Source: Lama glama
Lineage: Eukaryota
Length of the DNA: 64,000 bases
Direction: 5' to 3'
Assembly: GCA_028534125.1 (NCBI GenBank)
Contig: CM052817.1
Coordinates: forward strand, 78,866,001-78,930,000
A program made the position numbers and the translations under genes. Each line of letters begins with the position of its first letter. Within the stretch, counting starts at the first letter, position 1. A model generated the notes under the pieces. The model was not told the DNA's origin, did not search any database, and worked only from the letters and a program-made list of their open reading frames with translations. This document shows positions 38,170 through 51,701 of the stretch, piece after piece.

Positions 38170-41100
38170 TTCTAGATTACTTAGTATGAATACAAGTCAG
38201 TCTTCCACATCTAAAATCTTCATAATAATTTTATGTCATTTCTGCATTTCATTTTGTATGACCTTCTCAAACCTGTCTTTATAAACCTCAATTTCATGTT
38301 ACCTTTAATTTGAGATGCATTTTAATAATTTTTTTTCTGTTTTTCTTTCCTTGATTTTGAGAAGCTCATCCTTCATTTTCTTCTGGTGTTTTATAATCTT
38401 CATTTTGTACCCTTATAATTATAATTATTCCTTGAACTATTATTTACTATGAATTCATGCTTTCCATAATTTCATTGAGAAGTTGAGTCCAAAAGTACTA
38501 AAAGTACTAAAGTAGTATGTGAACACTTCTGCTTTTTCGGGTTATTATTTGTGTAATATGTATGTGTGTATATTCTTTATCTGCATTTCATTTATGTTCT
38601 CCCCACCGAAGAGGATTTTTCAGTGTCCATGCATAAGTCTCATTTTTGTGTGTATGCTTCACTGATACTTGGGAGTAATTGGCTGGGTACTAAAAATTCT
38701 ATACAGGCAGCAAGAGAATTGGGTAGCTGGCAGCCACAGCACAAGTCTACTGTCTTTAGCTCCCTTTCATCAAAACATGTGCTCTAAAGACAAGTGTTTC
38801 CACAGTTTGTAGTTTAAAATTACCTGAAGTGTATAGCAAAGCCTTGAGTTCCTAGGGTTTCTGTGTTACTTTCTATTACTCTCTGTCTTCTTTACTTCAA
38901 CATTCTCTACCTAGCAAGCTGCATCATAAATAATAGAAAAGACATATATCAAAGTTCTACTTCAGAAACATATCCTCCACTGTTACCCATCACTAGAATT
39001 TCTGCTTTCTCCATACAGTGTACTAAGTGATACTTCTAAATTTAAACATGTCCTCCTAAAAGCCCTAGGATTAAGAGAATGTGATCTTCAATAAATAAGC
39101 CAGAAGAAATTCAAAGGCAAAATATAAATATTGTTTTTTAAAATAAGACAATTGCTATTAAGACATTCCTGGTGATATTACATTTGAAGGGTGAAGAAAG
39201 ACTGGTATGGCCATCCAGACAAAACAGGAATTCAAGTGCAGGTCAGGTGGGAATTGCCTCAGTTTTCTCCATAGCAGAGGATGGCAGTGCAATAGTGACA
39301 GAGTTTTAAGGAACTCTGTACTTTAACCCAGCCAAGTTGTCCTTCCAACTTGCCATTGGCATTCTTAAGCAATCAAGAATTGTAGACAAAATCCAGCCAA
39401 ACAAGAGATAAGTAGAGATCAGAAATCAAGAAATTACAGTAAAGGATGGATGGTTAACATTTGATTGACTCATATATAGAATTAAAATTACTCAAAGGAG
39501 ACAATTGCAGAGACAACAGAATGTAAATGTTACAAACTTTGATAGTGTAAACATAGTAATGTAATACAAATCAGATAGAACTTAGAAGTATAAATGTACT
39601 AATTTCTTCAACTTTTATAAGAAGATCAACAAATACAAACTAAAGTTGAATAATATAGTTTAAAAAAGTAATTAATCAAGGCTGTAAGTTTTCTGTTAAT
39701 CATTTTTCCTTAATAAGAAAAATATCTTAGTTTCTGACATAAGTGATTATGGTTACTATCCAAAGTTTATCAGTTCCTTGAGATTTATTTTTTCTATTAA
39801 ATGCAAGTAAATTAAAATTTAATACTTTCTAGGAGAAATAACTTATGAATTATGCATTTTTTCTTGAATTAACTACTGTGTGTATGTGTTCATATAAGTC
39901 CCCTCTTGGGTGTGTACAATGATGGTCAGTGAGTTTTACAATGGGTATATTAAGTTGGCTAGGTTTGGAATTTATTATTTTACTTTTATCTTCATACTTT
40001 TCTGTATTGCCTGTTTCTAACCTCCTTTTTTCTGTAGTTTGTTTGTAAAATCATTTTTATAAAATAATAGTCATGATTGTAAAAAGGAGGAAGAGCAGCA
40101 GCAGAGAAGAAATGGAATGATATACATTGAACACACGTATAAGTAGGTTAAAGTATTATTTATTGTAGCACTATTAAAAGTTTTCAAAAATGCAGAAAAT
40201 TTTTAACCTCAAGATTAAATGTTTAAAGTAAGTTATTTCTTTAAAATCCTACAGTTAATTTCACTATAATTTCAAATGTTAATGTCTAACATGTAAACAA
40301 CTTAACATACCTCTCTTACTACCTCTATTCCTCACTCCCATTTATTTCTCTCACTATCAGTTGACCCTCTGGCCTCCCTTGCATAGAAAATTTTCTCACC
40401 CACGTGCTTGTAACTTATTAAATCCAGGGAATACCTTTAGTTTATTATCTTAATTCATTTACTTCTTGACAGGATTTTATACTTCTGCTAAAGCTTATTT
40501 CTAATATTCATGTCTTCATATAAGCCTATGAGTTTGCCCTTATTTATCAATCTAGCAACTCTAAGAAAGATTATTAAGAAAATATAATGACAAATGAATC
40601 TCTAATATACATTTCTGAGTAAGTAAGAGACTTAGTCAGAAAATGTTTGCTTGTTTGTTTCTAAAAGCCCCAAATATCTATTTAATAATTATTCCTAGAA
40701 TTATAACATGATGTACATTAAATTAGTATGCAGCATTCTTTTTCTTTGCCCTTTTATAAACTTAGAAGAAATATGACCCATTTCCTATCATTTTCCATAT
40801 CTATTTACATGAATTCTAAAGGGTTTTACCCTAGAGCAGTGAGATTATATTTAGCAGAATCATCAATCCAATATTCAAGTCCCTACTAAGACTGAGGAAA
40901 ACTAGAAGAGTGTTTAGAAAAGTTTCAAATTCATTCCACACATTTGAGAGATTTGTATGCCAACTAGAGGGTATTATGTGTACATTAAGCTATACAAAAT
41001 CCATCTTATTTTTGCTGGCTGTAATTTCCTTCTTATACATGTTTTCTGCCTTTGTGAATTTGAAGTTTTTTGGTTTTCAAAAAAAGGTAATTTCAAGCAA

Positions 41101-41321
41101 TAATCATCTGTTTCACTGAGCAATGGGAAAAACTACTTCATATTTCAGAGCTGTTTGAAATTATATTGAGTTTCTATGTTATTAACAGACCTAATTAATG
41201 TGAATTAGGCTTGGAGACAGAAAACCTGGATTTCTGTTCTGCCCTGAAAAGTATAGCAAGGTGATGCTGGACATTTCTTAACAGTGCCTCATCTACAGAA
41301 TTAATTCCTTCACTTGGTCAG

Positions 41322-41760
41322 TGTGTCAGTGCTTAGTGCAGCAATGAGAAATCCCAGGAGGTATTTTAAGCAGAAAGAGATTTAATAATGGAAATTAGGT
41401 GCTTACAAAAATTGAGGCTGCCACTAGAATGGTTGAGTTAAAAAGCGCATCACTAAGCTGCGATTCAGTGATACAGAAGAAGCGGGAAACCATGACTGCT
41501 CCAAGAGCAGCTGTCTCTTAACAACCACAAAGCTGCTATATGAGCATTCTAATACTACAGCAGAAAAATCCCGCATCCCATTACTGTGCTTGCCAGCAGA
41601 GAACAGACAAATAAAAAGCAGCAAGAAGATGGCATCTGCCTCCCAAATCACACTTAAGTGCATTTTAAAGAGTGTTAAGTGTGGGTTCTAGCTTTCCAAC
41701 TCCTGTAGTAAATGAAGCCACACTAGAAGCTCATGAAAATAGATGCTGAGTTATCAGTGA
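41322..41760 (-). mobile_element. Ancient eutherian LTR (LTR78/79-like, family uncertain)
   Basis: tgtgtcagtgcttagtgcag…ggtattttaagcagaaagagatttaata…aattaggtgcttacaaaa. Confidence 0.5.
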
Positions 41761-42178
41761 ATATTTTCAAAAGAGTCAGGTAAGTTGCTGAGGAGCCCTC
41801 ACTCCAATTGTTTGTTTAGAGAAAGCTGAGGAGTCAAGTAGGGCCTCAAAACATCTTGAGAACAAAAAATAAACACAACTTAGCAACCTCAGCCTGTTCA
41901 GGGAGCAACCTCAGAAAACAACATATTTGGGAAGTCAGTAGTGGTCACAAATACCAGTGCTTTTATGCCCACCAAACATTTATTCTTGGCTCCTCCTCAT
42001 CTCCAAAGGCACCTAATTTTGGCTGTAACTTGAAGAAATTCCCATGGTAGTGTTATGCAAATGTATCTTCAGCAAGTTATTTTTTGTTAGCAATAACAAC
42101 ATGCAAAATAGGCTTTAACTCTGGTTCTCTGTCTTGCTTTCGCTCTTTCTTTACTCCATCGTCCCTAACTTGCCTCAC

Positions 42179-42267
42179 CTGGTCAGCTCTACTGCTCATT
42201 ACAATGTTTACTTCAATGAGAGTGTTAGGACTACTGTTATGTAGGAGACCATCTGTGAACATTGGCG
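42179..42267 (-). other. Candidate 89-nt exon (PMFTDGLLHNSSPNTLIEVNIVMSSRADQ) or conserved non-coding element
   Basis: Acceptor cctcgtattatttccttag, donor CAG|gtgagg, one open frame, non-repeat context. Confidence 0.25.
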
Positions 42268-42913
42268 CTAAGGAAATAATACGAGGGTAATTTGGGAAGA
42301 AATAATAAGAAGCCCTTAAGAAAGCCAGCCCCCTTAATCTTCTCTGGGATCATGATGTATCATTAACTTGCCTTTGCACACAATGCAGCTCAATAAACCC
42401 AAGTTTGTTATTAAACCCACAGTGCTAAACCTGTAGAACACATCTGTAGAGTAAGCAGCAACAGCTGGTGCTTCCTTGCATCAGCTATCCTACCTTATAG
42501 TGAGCACAACTTTCCATATTGTGTGGCTTTTTATAAATACTTAATTCTTATCTCTTTGTATTCATTGAGCCTATGTGTAGATGGCATACTTCTCCATGTT
42601 GTTTTGGCAGATTTTACATATGCTTTTGAAGTGCATGGACCCTTCAAAATGGAGAGTCTATTTTTGAAATAGTTATTGCATTTCCTTATAAATTAATGTT
42701 ATCTAGGGTCACAATTAGAGTTTACTTTGGGGAGCTATGAAATAGCTATGACTGTTGTCATTTTTTTCAATACTGAACTACAAACTTCATTTTAAATTTT
42801 CTGAAGATTAAGTGGGGCTGTTTTGATACTGGAATTGTATTTTTTTTTCTTTTAACTATTTCCATTTCACTGGAGTGAATTATTTTATAAGCAATAATAT
42901 AGCATAAGCTTTT

Positions 42914-45900
42914 AAAAATATTTGTATTGAAGTATAGTCAGCTTACAGTGTGTCAATTTCTGGTGTATAGCACAATGCTTCAGTCATACATGAACATACA
43001 TATATTTGTTATCATATTCTTTTTTCACTATAAGTTATTATAAGATATTCAATATAGTTTTCTATGCTATGGAGTATAAACTTATTGTTTATCTATTTTA
43101 TAAATAGTAGTTAGTATCTGCAAATCTCAAACTTCCATTTTATCCTTCTGACCCCTCCCCACCAGGTAACTAAGTTTGTTTTCTATGTCTGTGAGTCTGT
43201 TTCTGTATTGTAGATAGGGTTGTCTTTTTTTTATATTCCACATGTAAGTGATATATGATATTTTTCTTTCTCTTTCTAGCTTATTTCACTTAGAGTGATA
43301 TTCTCCAGGTCCATCCATGTTGCTGCAAATGGCATTATTTTATTATTTTTATGGCTGAGTAGCATTCCATTGTGTCAACATACCACAGCTTCTTCAGCCA
43401 AGCATCTGTTGCTGGGCATTTAGGTTGTTTCTATGTCATGACTATTGTAAATAGTGCTACTACTATGAACATTGGGGTGCTTGTATCCTTTCAAATTAAG
43501 GTTCCTCTTCAAATTAAGGTTCCTCTGGATATATGCCCAGGAGCAGGATTGCTGGATCATATGCTAAGTCTATTTTTTAGTCTTTTGAGGAGTCTTCAAA
43601 CTGCATTCCATAATGGCTTCACCAAACTACATTCCCACCAACAGTGTAGGAGGGTTCCCTTTTCTCCACAGCCTCTCCAGCATTTGTCATTTGTGGACTT
43701 TTGAATGATGGCCATTCTGACTAGTGTGAGGTGAAACTTTACTGTCGTTTTGATTTTCATTTCTCTGATAATTAGTGATATTGAGCATTTTTTCATGTGC
43801 CTATTTGCCATTTGTATGCCTTCATTGAAGAATTGGTTGTTTAGGTCTTCTGCCCATTTTTGGATTGCGTTGCTGGGCTTTTTTCTTACTAAGTTGTATG
43901 TGCTGTTTATATGTTCTGGAAATTAAGCCCTTGTCAGTCTCATCTTTTGCAAATATTTTCTCCCATTCCATAGGTTGTTGTTTTGTTTTGCTTATGGTTT
44001 CCCATGTTGTGCAAAAGCTGGTAAGTTTAATTAGGTCCCATTTGTTTATTTTTGCTTTTATTTCTGTTGCTTGGGTAGATTGCCCTAGGAGAACATTGCT
44101 GAGGTTTATGTCAGATAATGTTTTGCCTATTTTCTTCTAAGCGGTTTATAGTGTCTTGTCTTATGTTTAAGTCTTTGATCCATTTTGAGTTTATTTTTGT
44201 GTATGGTGTGAGTGTGTTCTAACTTCATTGATTTACATGCAGCTGTCCAGTTTTCCCACAACCATTTGCTGAAGAGACTGTCTTTACTCCATTGTATGTT
44301 CTTGCTTCCTTTGTCAAATATTAATTGACCAAAAATCTGTGGGTTTATTTCTGGGCTCTCTATTCTGTTCCATTGATACATATGTCTGTTTTTGTACCAG
44401 TACCATAGTGCTTTGATTACTGTAGCTCTGTAGTATTGTCTGATATCTGGGAGGATTATTCATCCAGCTTTGTTCTCTTTCTTCAGTATTGCTTTGGAAA
44501 TTCTGGATCTTTTGTGATTCCATATAAATTTTAGGATTATTTGTTCTAATTCTGTGAAAAATGTCCTGGATAATTTGATAGGGATCGCATAAAATCTGTA
44601 GATTGCTTTGGGTAGTATGGCCATTTTAACAATTTTAATTCTTCCAATCCAAGAACATGGATATCTTTCCATTTCTTTAAGTCATCTTTAATTTCCCAAG
44701 TCAATGTCTTGTAGTTCTCCGCATATAGGTCTTTCACTTCCTTAGTCAGATTTATTCCTAAATGTTTTACTTTTTTTGGATGCAATTTTAAAAGGGATTG
44801 TTTCTTTACTTTCCTTTTCTGATATTTCATTGTTAGTGTAAAGAAATACCGCTGATTTCTGTATGCTAATCTTGTATCCTGCTACCTTGCCAAATTCTTT
44901 TATTAACTCCAGTAGTTTTTATGTGGAGCCTTTAGGGTTTTCTATATATAGTATCATGTCATCTGCATATAATGACAGTTTTACCTCTTCTCTTCCAATT
45001 TGGATCCCTTTTATTTGTTTTCCTTGTCTAATTGCTATAGATAGGACTTCCAATACTATATTGAATAGAAGTTATGAAAGTGAACATCCTTGTCTTGTTC
45101 CAGATTTTTAGTGGGAAGGCTTTCAACTTTCCACCATTGTGTAGTATGGTGATTGTAAGTTTGTCGCAAATAGCTTTTATTATGTTGAGATATGTTCCCT
45201 CTATACCTGCTTTGGTTAGAGTTTTTATCATAAATGGGTGTTGAATTTTATCTGCATCTATTGAGATGATCATGTAATTTTTGTCCTTTCTCTTGTTGAT
45301 GTGGTGTATCATGTTGATTGATTTGCATATGTTGAACCATCCTTGTGTCCCTGTGATGAAACCAACTTGATCATGATATATGATCTCTTATGTGTTGTTG
45401 GATTCTGTTTGCTAATATTTTGTTGAGGATTTTTGCATCTATGTTTATCAATGATATTGGCCTATAGCTTTCTTTTTTGGTAATGTCTTTGTCTGGCTTT
45501 AGTATCAGAGTGATGGTGGCTTCATAGAATGAGTGTGGGAGTGTTCCCTCCTCTTCAATCTTTTGGAAGAGTTTGAGAAAAATTGATATTAGCTCTTGTT
45601 TGTATGAGTGATAGAATTCGCCAGTGAAGCATCTGGTCCTGGACTTTGTTTGCAGGGAAGATTTTTGTTTGTTTGTGTTGCTGATTCTATTTCACTTCTA
45701 GTGATTGGTCTCTTCAGATGATGTATTTCTTCTTGATTCAGTTTTGGTGGACTGTATGTTTCTAGAAACTTATCCATTTCTTATAAGTTTTCCCATTTAT
45801 TACCATATAGTTGTTCATAGTATTCTCATGATTTTTTGTATTTCTGTGGTGTTGGTTGTAATCTCTCCACTTTCATTTATTTTGTTGATTTGTGTCATCT

Positions 45901-48900
45901 CTCTTTTCTTCTTTGTGAACCTGGCCAGAGGTTTATAGATTTTGTTTACTCCTTAAAAAAACCAGCTCTTGGTTTGATTTTTTTCTATTGTTTTAATCTC
46001 TATTTTATTTATTTCCTCCCTGCCCTTGACTATTTCTTTCCTTCTGCTGACTTTAGGTTTTGTTTGTTCTTTTTTAAATTTTTAGGTGGTAGGTTAGGTT
46101 GTTTATTCAAGATTGTTCTTTTTTGAGGAAGGCCTGTATTGCTATGAACTTCCCTCTAAGGACTGCTTTTGCTATATCCCATAGATTTTGTGTGGTTGTA
46201 TCTTTTAATTGGATTTCATCATTGACTTTTTTTAGTAGCATGTTGTTTAGTCTCCATGCTGTCATTTTCTTCTCATTTGTTTTTCTGTGGTTATCTAGTT
46301 GCATGCCATTGTGATCAGAGAACATGCTTGGAATAATTTCTGTCATCTTAAATTTGTTGAGGCTTCTTTTGTGTCTGAGTATGTAGTCTATCTTAGAGAA
46401 TGTTCCATGAGTACTTGAAAATAATGTATATTCTGATTTGGGGGGATGTAATGTCCTAAAAATATCAACCAAGTCCAACTGTTCTGTTGTGTCATTTAGT
46501 ATCTCCATTACCTTATTGATTTTATGTCTGGAAGACCTGTCTAATGTTAGTGGGGTGTTAAAATCTCTTACTATTAATGTATTCCTATCAATTTCTCCCT
46601 TTATGTCTGTTAGTATTTATTATATTTAGGTGTTCCTATATTGGGTGCATATATGTTAATGAGTATGATATCTTCATCTTGTATTGCTCCTTTGAGCATT
46701 ATATAGTATCCTTCTTTATCTCTTTATGGCCTGTGTTTTGTCTGATACGAATATTGCTCCTGCTTTCTTGTCATTTCCATTTGCATGAAGTATCTTTTTC
46801 CATTCTCTCACTTTCAATCTGTATGTGTTCTTCACTCTAATGTGGGTTTCTTGTAGGCAGCATATTGTAAACCCTTGACTTATCCAATATGCCACTGTGT
46901 CTTTTAATTGGAGCATTTAGTCCATTGACATTTATAGCAATTATTGGTAGATGTGTGTTTATTGCCGTTTTGAACTTTGTTTTCCAGTTGATTTGGTATT
47001 TCTCCTTTGTTTCTGTTTTTCTTTTTATGGCTTGATAATTTTCTTTTGTATTATCTTGGTTCCTTTTTGGTTTTTGTGACTCTGTTGTATGCTTTTGGTT
47101 TGTGGTTACCCTGTTTTTCAAGTATGTTAACCCCTTACTATATCTGTTTGCTTTAGATTGATAGTCATGTAGGTTCAAACACATCCTAAAAAGAATGAAG
47201 AAAAAAAGGAAAAAAATCTGTATTTTCTTGCTCCCCTCTCCCACCTTTTATGATTTTGATATTTATATTTATTTATTTATTTTTATATCCGCATGTTTAT
47301 TCTCTTGCAATTCATTGTACTTATCACATTTCCAGTTATGGTCTTCTCATTTCTATAGCTTCCTGTTTCTTTTCTATTTAGAGTAGACCTTTCAAGTATA
47401 GGTTTAGTATTTTTTAATTCTTTCAGTTTTTGCTTGTCTGTGAAATTCTTTCTCCTCTACTCTAAAGGATAGTCTTGCTGGATAGAGTATCATAGGTTTC
47501 AGCTTTTTCTCATTCAAGACTTTGAATATATCTTGCCACTCTCTTCTGGCCAGCATTGTTCATATAGAGAACTCTGCTGAAAGCCTTATGGGTGTTCCCT
47601 TGTAACTAACTCTGTTTTTCTCTTGCTGACTTTGGAAACCTTTCTTTATCTTTAACTTTGGCCATCTTAATTATAATATATCTTAGTTTAGGTCTGTGTT
47701 CATCTTGCTTGGGACCCTCTGTGCATCCTATACTTAGATTATCTGTTGCCTTCTTTAGGTTTGGAAAGTTTTCAGTCATGATTTCTTCAAATAACTTTTC
47801 AATCCCCTTTTCTCTTCTCCTTCTAGGACCCCTATTATGAATAGGTTGGCATGCTTTATATTATCACATAGGTCCCTTATATTGCTTTCACTGGTTTTTA
47901 TTTGCTTTTCTGTCTGCTGTTCTGATTGGGTGACCTCTGTTCTCCTGCCTGCTAAGTCACATATTTGTTCCTCTGTATTATCTAATCTGCTTTTGACTGT
48001 CTTTAGCTCAGCTCTTAGCTCAGCAATTGAGTTTTCTGTTTTTAATTGGCTCTTTATAGTTTCAATTTCCTTTTTAAAGTATTCTCTATCTCTTGATAGT
48101 CTCTTTTAGTTCCTTAAGTGCATTGAGCATTCCCTTTTTTTGAAGTCATTACCTGGTAGACTGTTGAGGTCTATTTCATTGATCATTGTTTCAGGGGATT
48201 TCTCTTGTTCTTTTAATTGGGAGTGGTTCCTCGACTTCTTCATTTTATTTATATTTCTCTGGCTCTATGGATTTAGGAGTATCAGTTATTTACTGTTGTC
48301 TTGAAGGACTGTTTTATTTTTTGTTGGTTTTTATTTAAAGTCAGAGTGTTCCCTTGTAGACTATGTGCATCTAAGTGTTGTTGAGCTGGGCCTCCTTTTT
48401 TGTTCTGAGTTGTCACAGCCTTAACAGGGGCCTGGTCTACTTCCCTGTTGCTGGAATAGAGCCTTCTAGACCCATTTCTGACCTGTGGTGTGTAGTAGGC
48501 AGGGTTGGAGAGCTTCTGCTGGGAAGAAGAGTAGGTAGGAGATGTCCACTGTGCACTATGTGGTGTTGTCTGTTGCTTGTTATTCTGGCTTACAAAGTAC
48601 TCTTTGTTGACACTGCCTTTGTCCCCACCTTAGCTGCGGAAATGTCGGCCACCTGTTCTGGTGTCCCACAGGCTCTGAGCCCCAGGAACCACCACAGAAC
48701 CACCAGTGTCAGGCACTAGGACCCACTGTAGCAAGCATGCCATTGTACACCTGAATCTGTGGTGTACCACAGGGTCAGAACAGACCCCAGCCCCATCTCC
48801 ACATATGGTCCAGTATTCTGGCCTGTTGTCAATACCCATACTTACCCCTCTGCCTGTAAGTCAGAACCTCCTTTCACTGCCTATTTGTCCCAGAGGTACG

Positions 48901-49624
48901 GGCCCACAAAGGGCCCAGAGAGAGCAAATCCACCCTCTCTGCCTGAGGTTGTAAACAAATTTCAGTCAGGCCTATGAAGTTACAGGGCCACTGGGTATGG
49001 ATTCAACTTTCAGCCCCGCCTCTGTGCAGCAGTGATGGCTATGAACAAGCAGCACTTCTTGAGAGAACACATCAGCAATAGAGCCAAGTGGACAAAGTGG
49101 GTATGGTACAGCTGCGTTGCACCCTTCCCCCTCGCACCAACAGTGGTGCTTTTTTATGGGGGTCCCAGATTGTTCTGTTCTGCACACACCCCCAGCTAGA
49201 GCTCACACTGCTTTCCAGTCCCCTGAGGCTGCCAGCTGGCATCTAGGGCTGAGGAGTGCAGGGACCCTCTGTGTCAGTTTCCTTTACTTCTGTCTGCCAA
49301 GTGGTTGCCATTTTCTCCTCAGAGCCTTGGAAGCTCCACTTCTGTCCCCACTGACCTCCCAGCTGGAGAGGGAGGTGTCCCAGCGTGAGGATGCCTTTCT
49401 TCCTATGCTGCCCCCTCCCTGCAGGACTAGTCCTGCACCAATGTTTTTCTTCTTTCTTTTCTTACCAGATTTTGTGGGAATCCTCCTGTATTTCAAAATG
49501 AGAGACACTGCCAGAGTTCAGTAGGTGTTCTGTGCAATTTAATGAGTTTGTAGATATTAATTCTTGGTGTATTTATGGGAGAGGGTGATCTGTGAGTCTC
49601 TCTACTCTGCCATCTTGGCTTCTC
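42914..49624 (-). mobile_element. Full-length (about 6.7 kb) inactivated camelid-type L1
   Basis: 5' start GAGAAGCCAAGATGGC, 5' UTR, ORF1, ORF2 EN (CCLQETH, HGTFSKIDY), RT-region and C-terminal [18 protein letters not shown] peptides, 3' UTR; degraded TSD agcataagctttt/agcattaactttc. Confidence 0.97.
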
Positions 49625-49789
49625 AGCATTAACTTTCTAAAGAGATTCAGTAAAACTTATCTGGTGTTCCAGAATCCCACATTCATGTAGTCTGAAGCCA
49701 TATATGTTTGTCTATGGAAGGAAAGGAAAGTTATTCAAATCAAGTCTGCCAAAATACAGTTACTGCAGTATTCCAAGTATTGCTATCCA

Positions 49790-50200
49790 TATTTTTGAAA
49801 TAACAGCTTGATTGAGATATAATTCACATACCATAAAATTTACCCTTTTAAACTATATAATTCAGTTTCTTTTAGTATATAGTTGTACAACCATCATGAC
49901 TGTCTCATTTGGAATATTTTAATCACTCTGAAAATAAGCCCCCTTCCCATTAGCAGTCACTTCATATTTCTCCCTCCCCCTTACCTAAAAACTATCAACC
50001 TACTTTCTCTATGGATTTGCCTATTCTGGACTTACCATTTAAATGGAATAATGCAACATGTTGCCCTGTGACTGACTTCTTTCATTTAGCAAGAGGTTTT
50101 CAAGGCTTATCATGTTGTAGCATATATCAGTAGGTAATTCCTTTTTATTTCTGAATAATATCCCATCATATGGATATACCACATTTTGTTTATCCAATCA
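49790..50200 (-). mobile_element. L1MB-like 3' end
   Basis: acagcttgattgagatataattcacataccataaaatttacc…cccattagcagtcactt. Confidence 0.85.
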
Positions 50201-50204
50201 CCAC

Positions 50205-50636
50205 TGGGGTGTGGGCCACTTGTTTCCACCCAGCCACCTCCACAGCAACTTCACTACAGCACAGACAACACTCATTTCATGTCTGTGTCATGAATCTCAT
50301 GCTTTCCATTCTATTTCCCTGTTCCTGCTGGAAAAGGATGCTCTTGGCTTCCATGCAAACACCAGCAATGTTGAAGGGAGATTAATTCCTACTTGACAGA
50401 CTTTTACCCATGGGACATGGGAGCTAGAGACTAAATTTTCTTCCCTTCCTCCCCTTGGACAAACTTTCCTGACATGAAGTGTTAGTAAATAGCATATAAA
50501 TATATAGTCCTTTAGAAGATGGTCCCTTGAGATCAAGCAGTGGCCAGCTCAGTAATACACCTTGTGGTTGTTCTCCCTCTTTTCTGCTCCATTTCCTTTT
50601 TCCCCACTCTAGTTTCCTTCACATTGCTTTCCCTAA
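50205..50636 (+). mobile_element. ERVL LTR, LTR16-like
   Basis: acccatgggacatgggagc…gaagatggtcccttgagatcaagcagtggccagctcagtaatacacc. Confidence 0.65.
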
Positions 50637-51078
50637 TGTTGATGAGAATGTGAAGCAACTGAAACTTTTATCCATCCTTGTTGGGACGTAAAATAATACA
50701 ACCACTCTCTGATTGCCTGCCCTTTCCCCCTCCTTTTTGCCCTGTGCCTACCTTTATAAAGCCTTATGTGAGTACACCCTGTGGAGTCTCATGAGTCTTT
50801 TCAAGTATCTGATACTGTGCAGTTACAGTGGTGGAACCAGAATTTGAATGCAGGTAAGATAGGTCCAGTGTCTATGCTCTTAACCCTACACTGCGCTGTG
50901 TGGTGTAGCCCAGACAGCAGATGAAACCAAAAAATATGGAGGGATGAAATGACAATGTTTTGGGAAAAAGAAAATAAAGATATGAGGAAGAGACAATAAT
51001 GAAAGAAATAAAAGTTGAGAATTTTCCAGAATTGAAAAATACCATTTTTCACATTTTAAAATTACACCAAGTTATGAG

Positions 51079-51701
51079 TATATCAGTTGTCAATTTATTT
51101 CCTCTGAGCTCCAAATCCACCTTTTAATATATGTTTTGTAATAATGGATGAAATTCCTTTAAATATTTCTTTACAGTACATACCATGTTATACTTTCTCA
51201 ATGAAGGGCACTGCAGGGACATTACAGGAGTAAACGTCCATCCTGTTGCACCTTCAGTCAATGCTACAGGTATAAGAACATACTTCAGCAAGACACATAA
51301 CCAGAATACATAATCCCTTGCCGACCTTGCAACCCTAGCCCAGTCTGATGGTAACCTTTCTGTGGCCCTGTTAATGTGGACACCATGTAGTCCTGGCCTC
51401 CTGCCAGCACTAGCACCCCTCCCACCCCTTCTGTACCTCCGTGAATCTAGCCTCTGGAAACACCAGTTAATTTCTCTGCCATCCAATGGGCTGCAACTAT
51501 AAGCTTGAAACCCAGCTTCACAGGCCAGAGCTGCTCTTTCAAGTTGTTCCTCCTCTGGAGGCTCTCCTTCAGCCCTCGGATGTCTATGTACTTTTCTTAG
51601 ATCTAAAGTTGCTCCTCTTATAATTTAGTAATTCTTTACATTAAACTTCTGTTTAATTCACTGTGTGTGTCTCTATGTCCTGATAGAAAACAGGAGATAC
51701 A
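51079..51701 (+). mobile_element. ERVL solo LTR, LTR41/LTR52-like
   Basis: Start tatcagttgtcaatttatt…ctccaaatccacc; ATTAAA near the end; ends …gataca. Confidence 0.7.
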
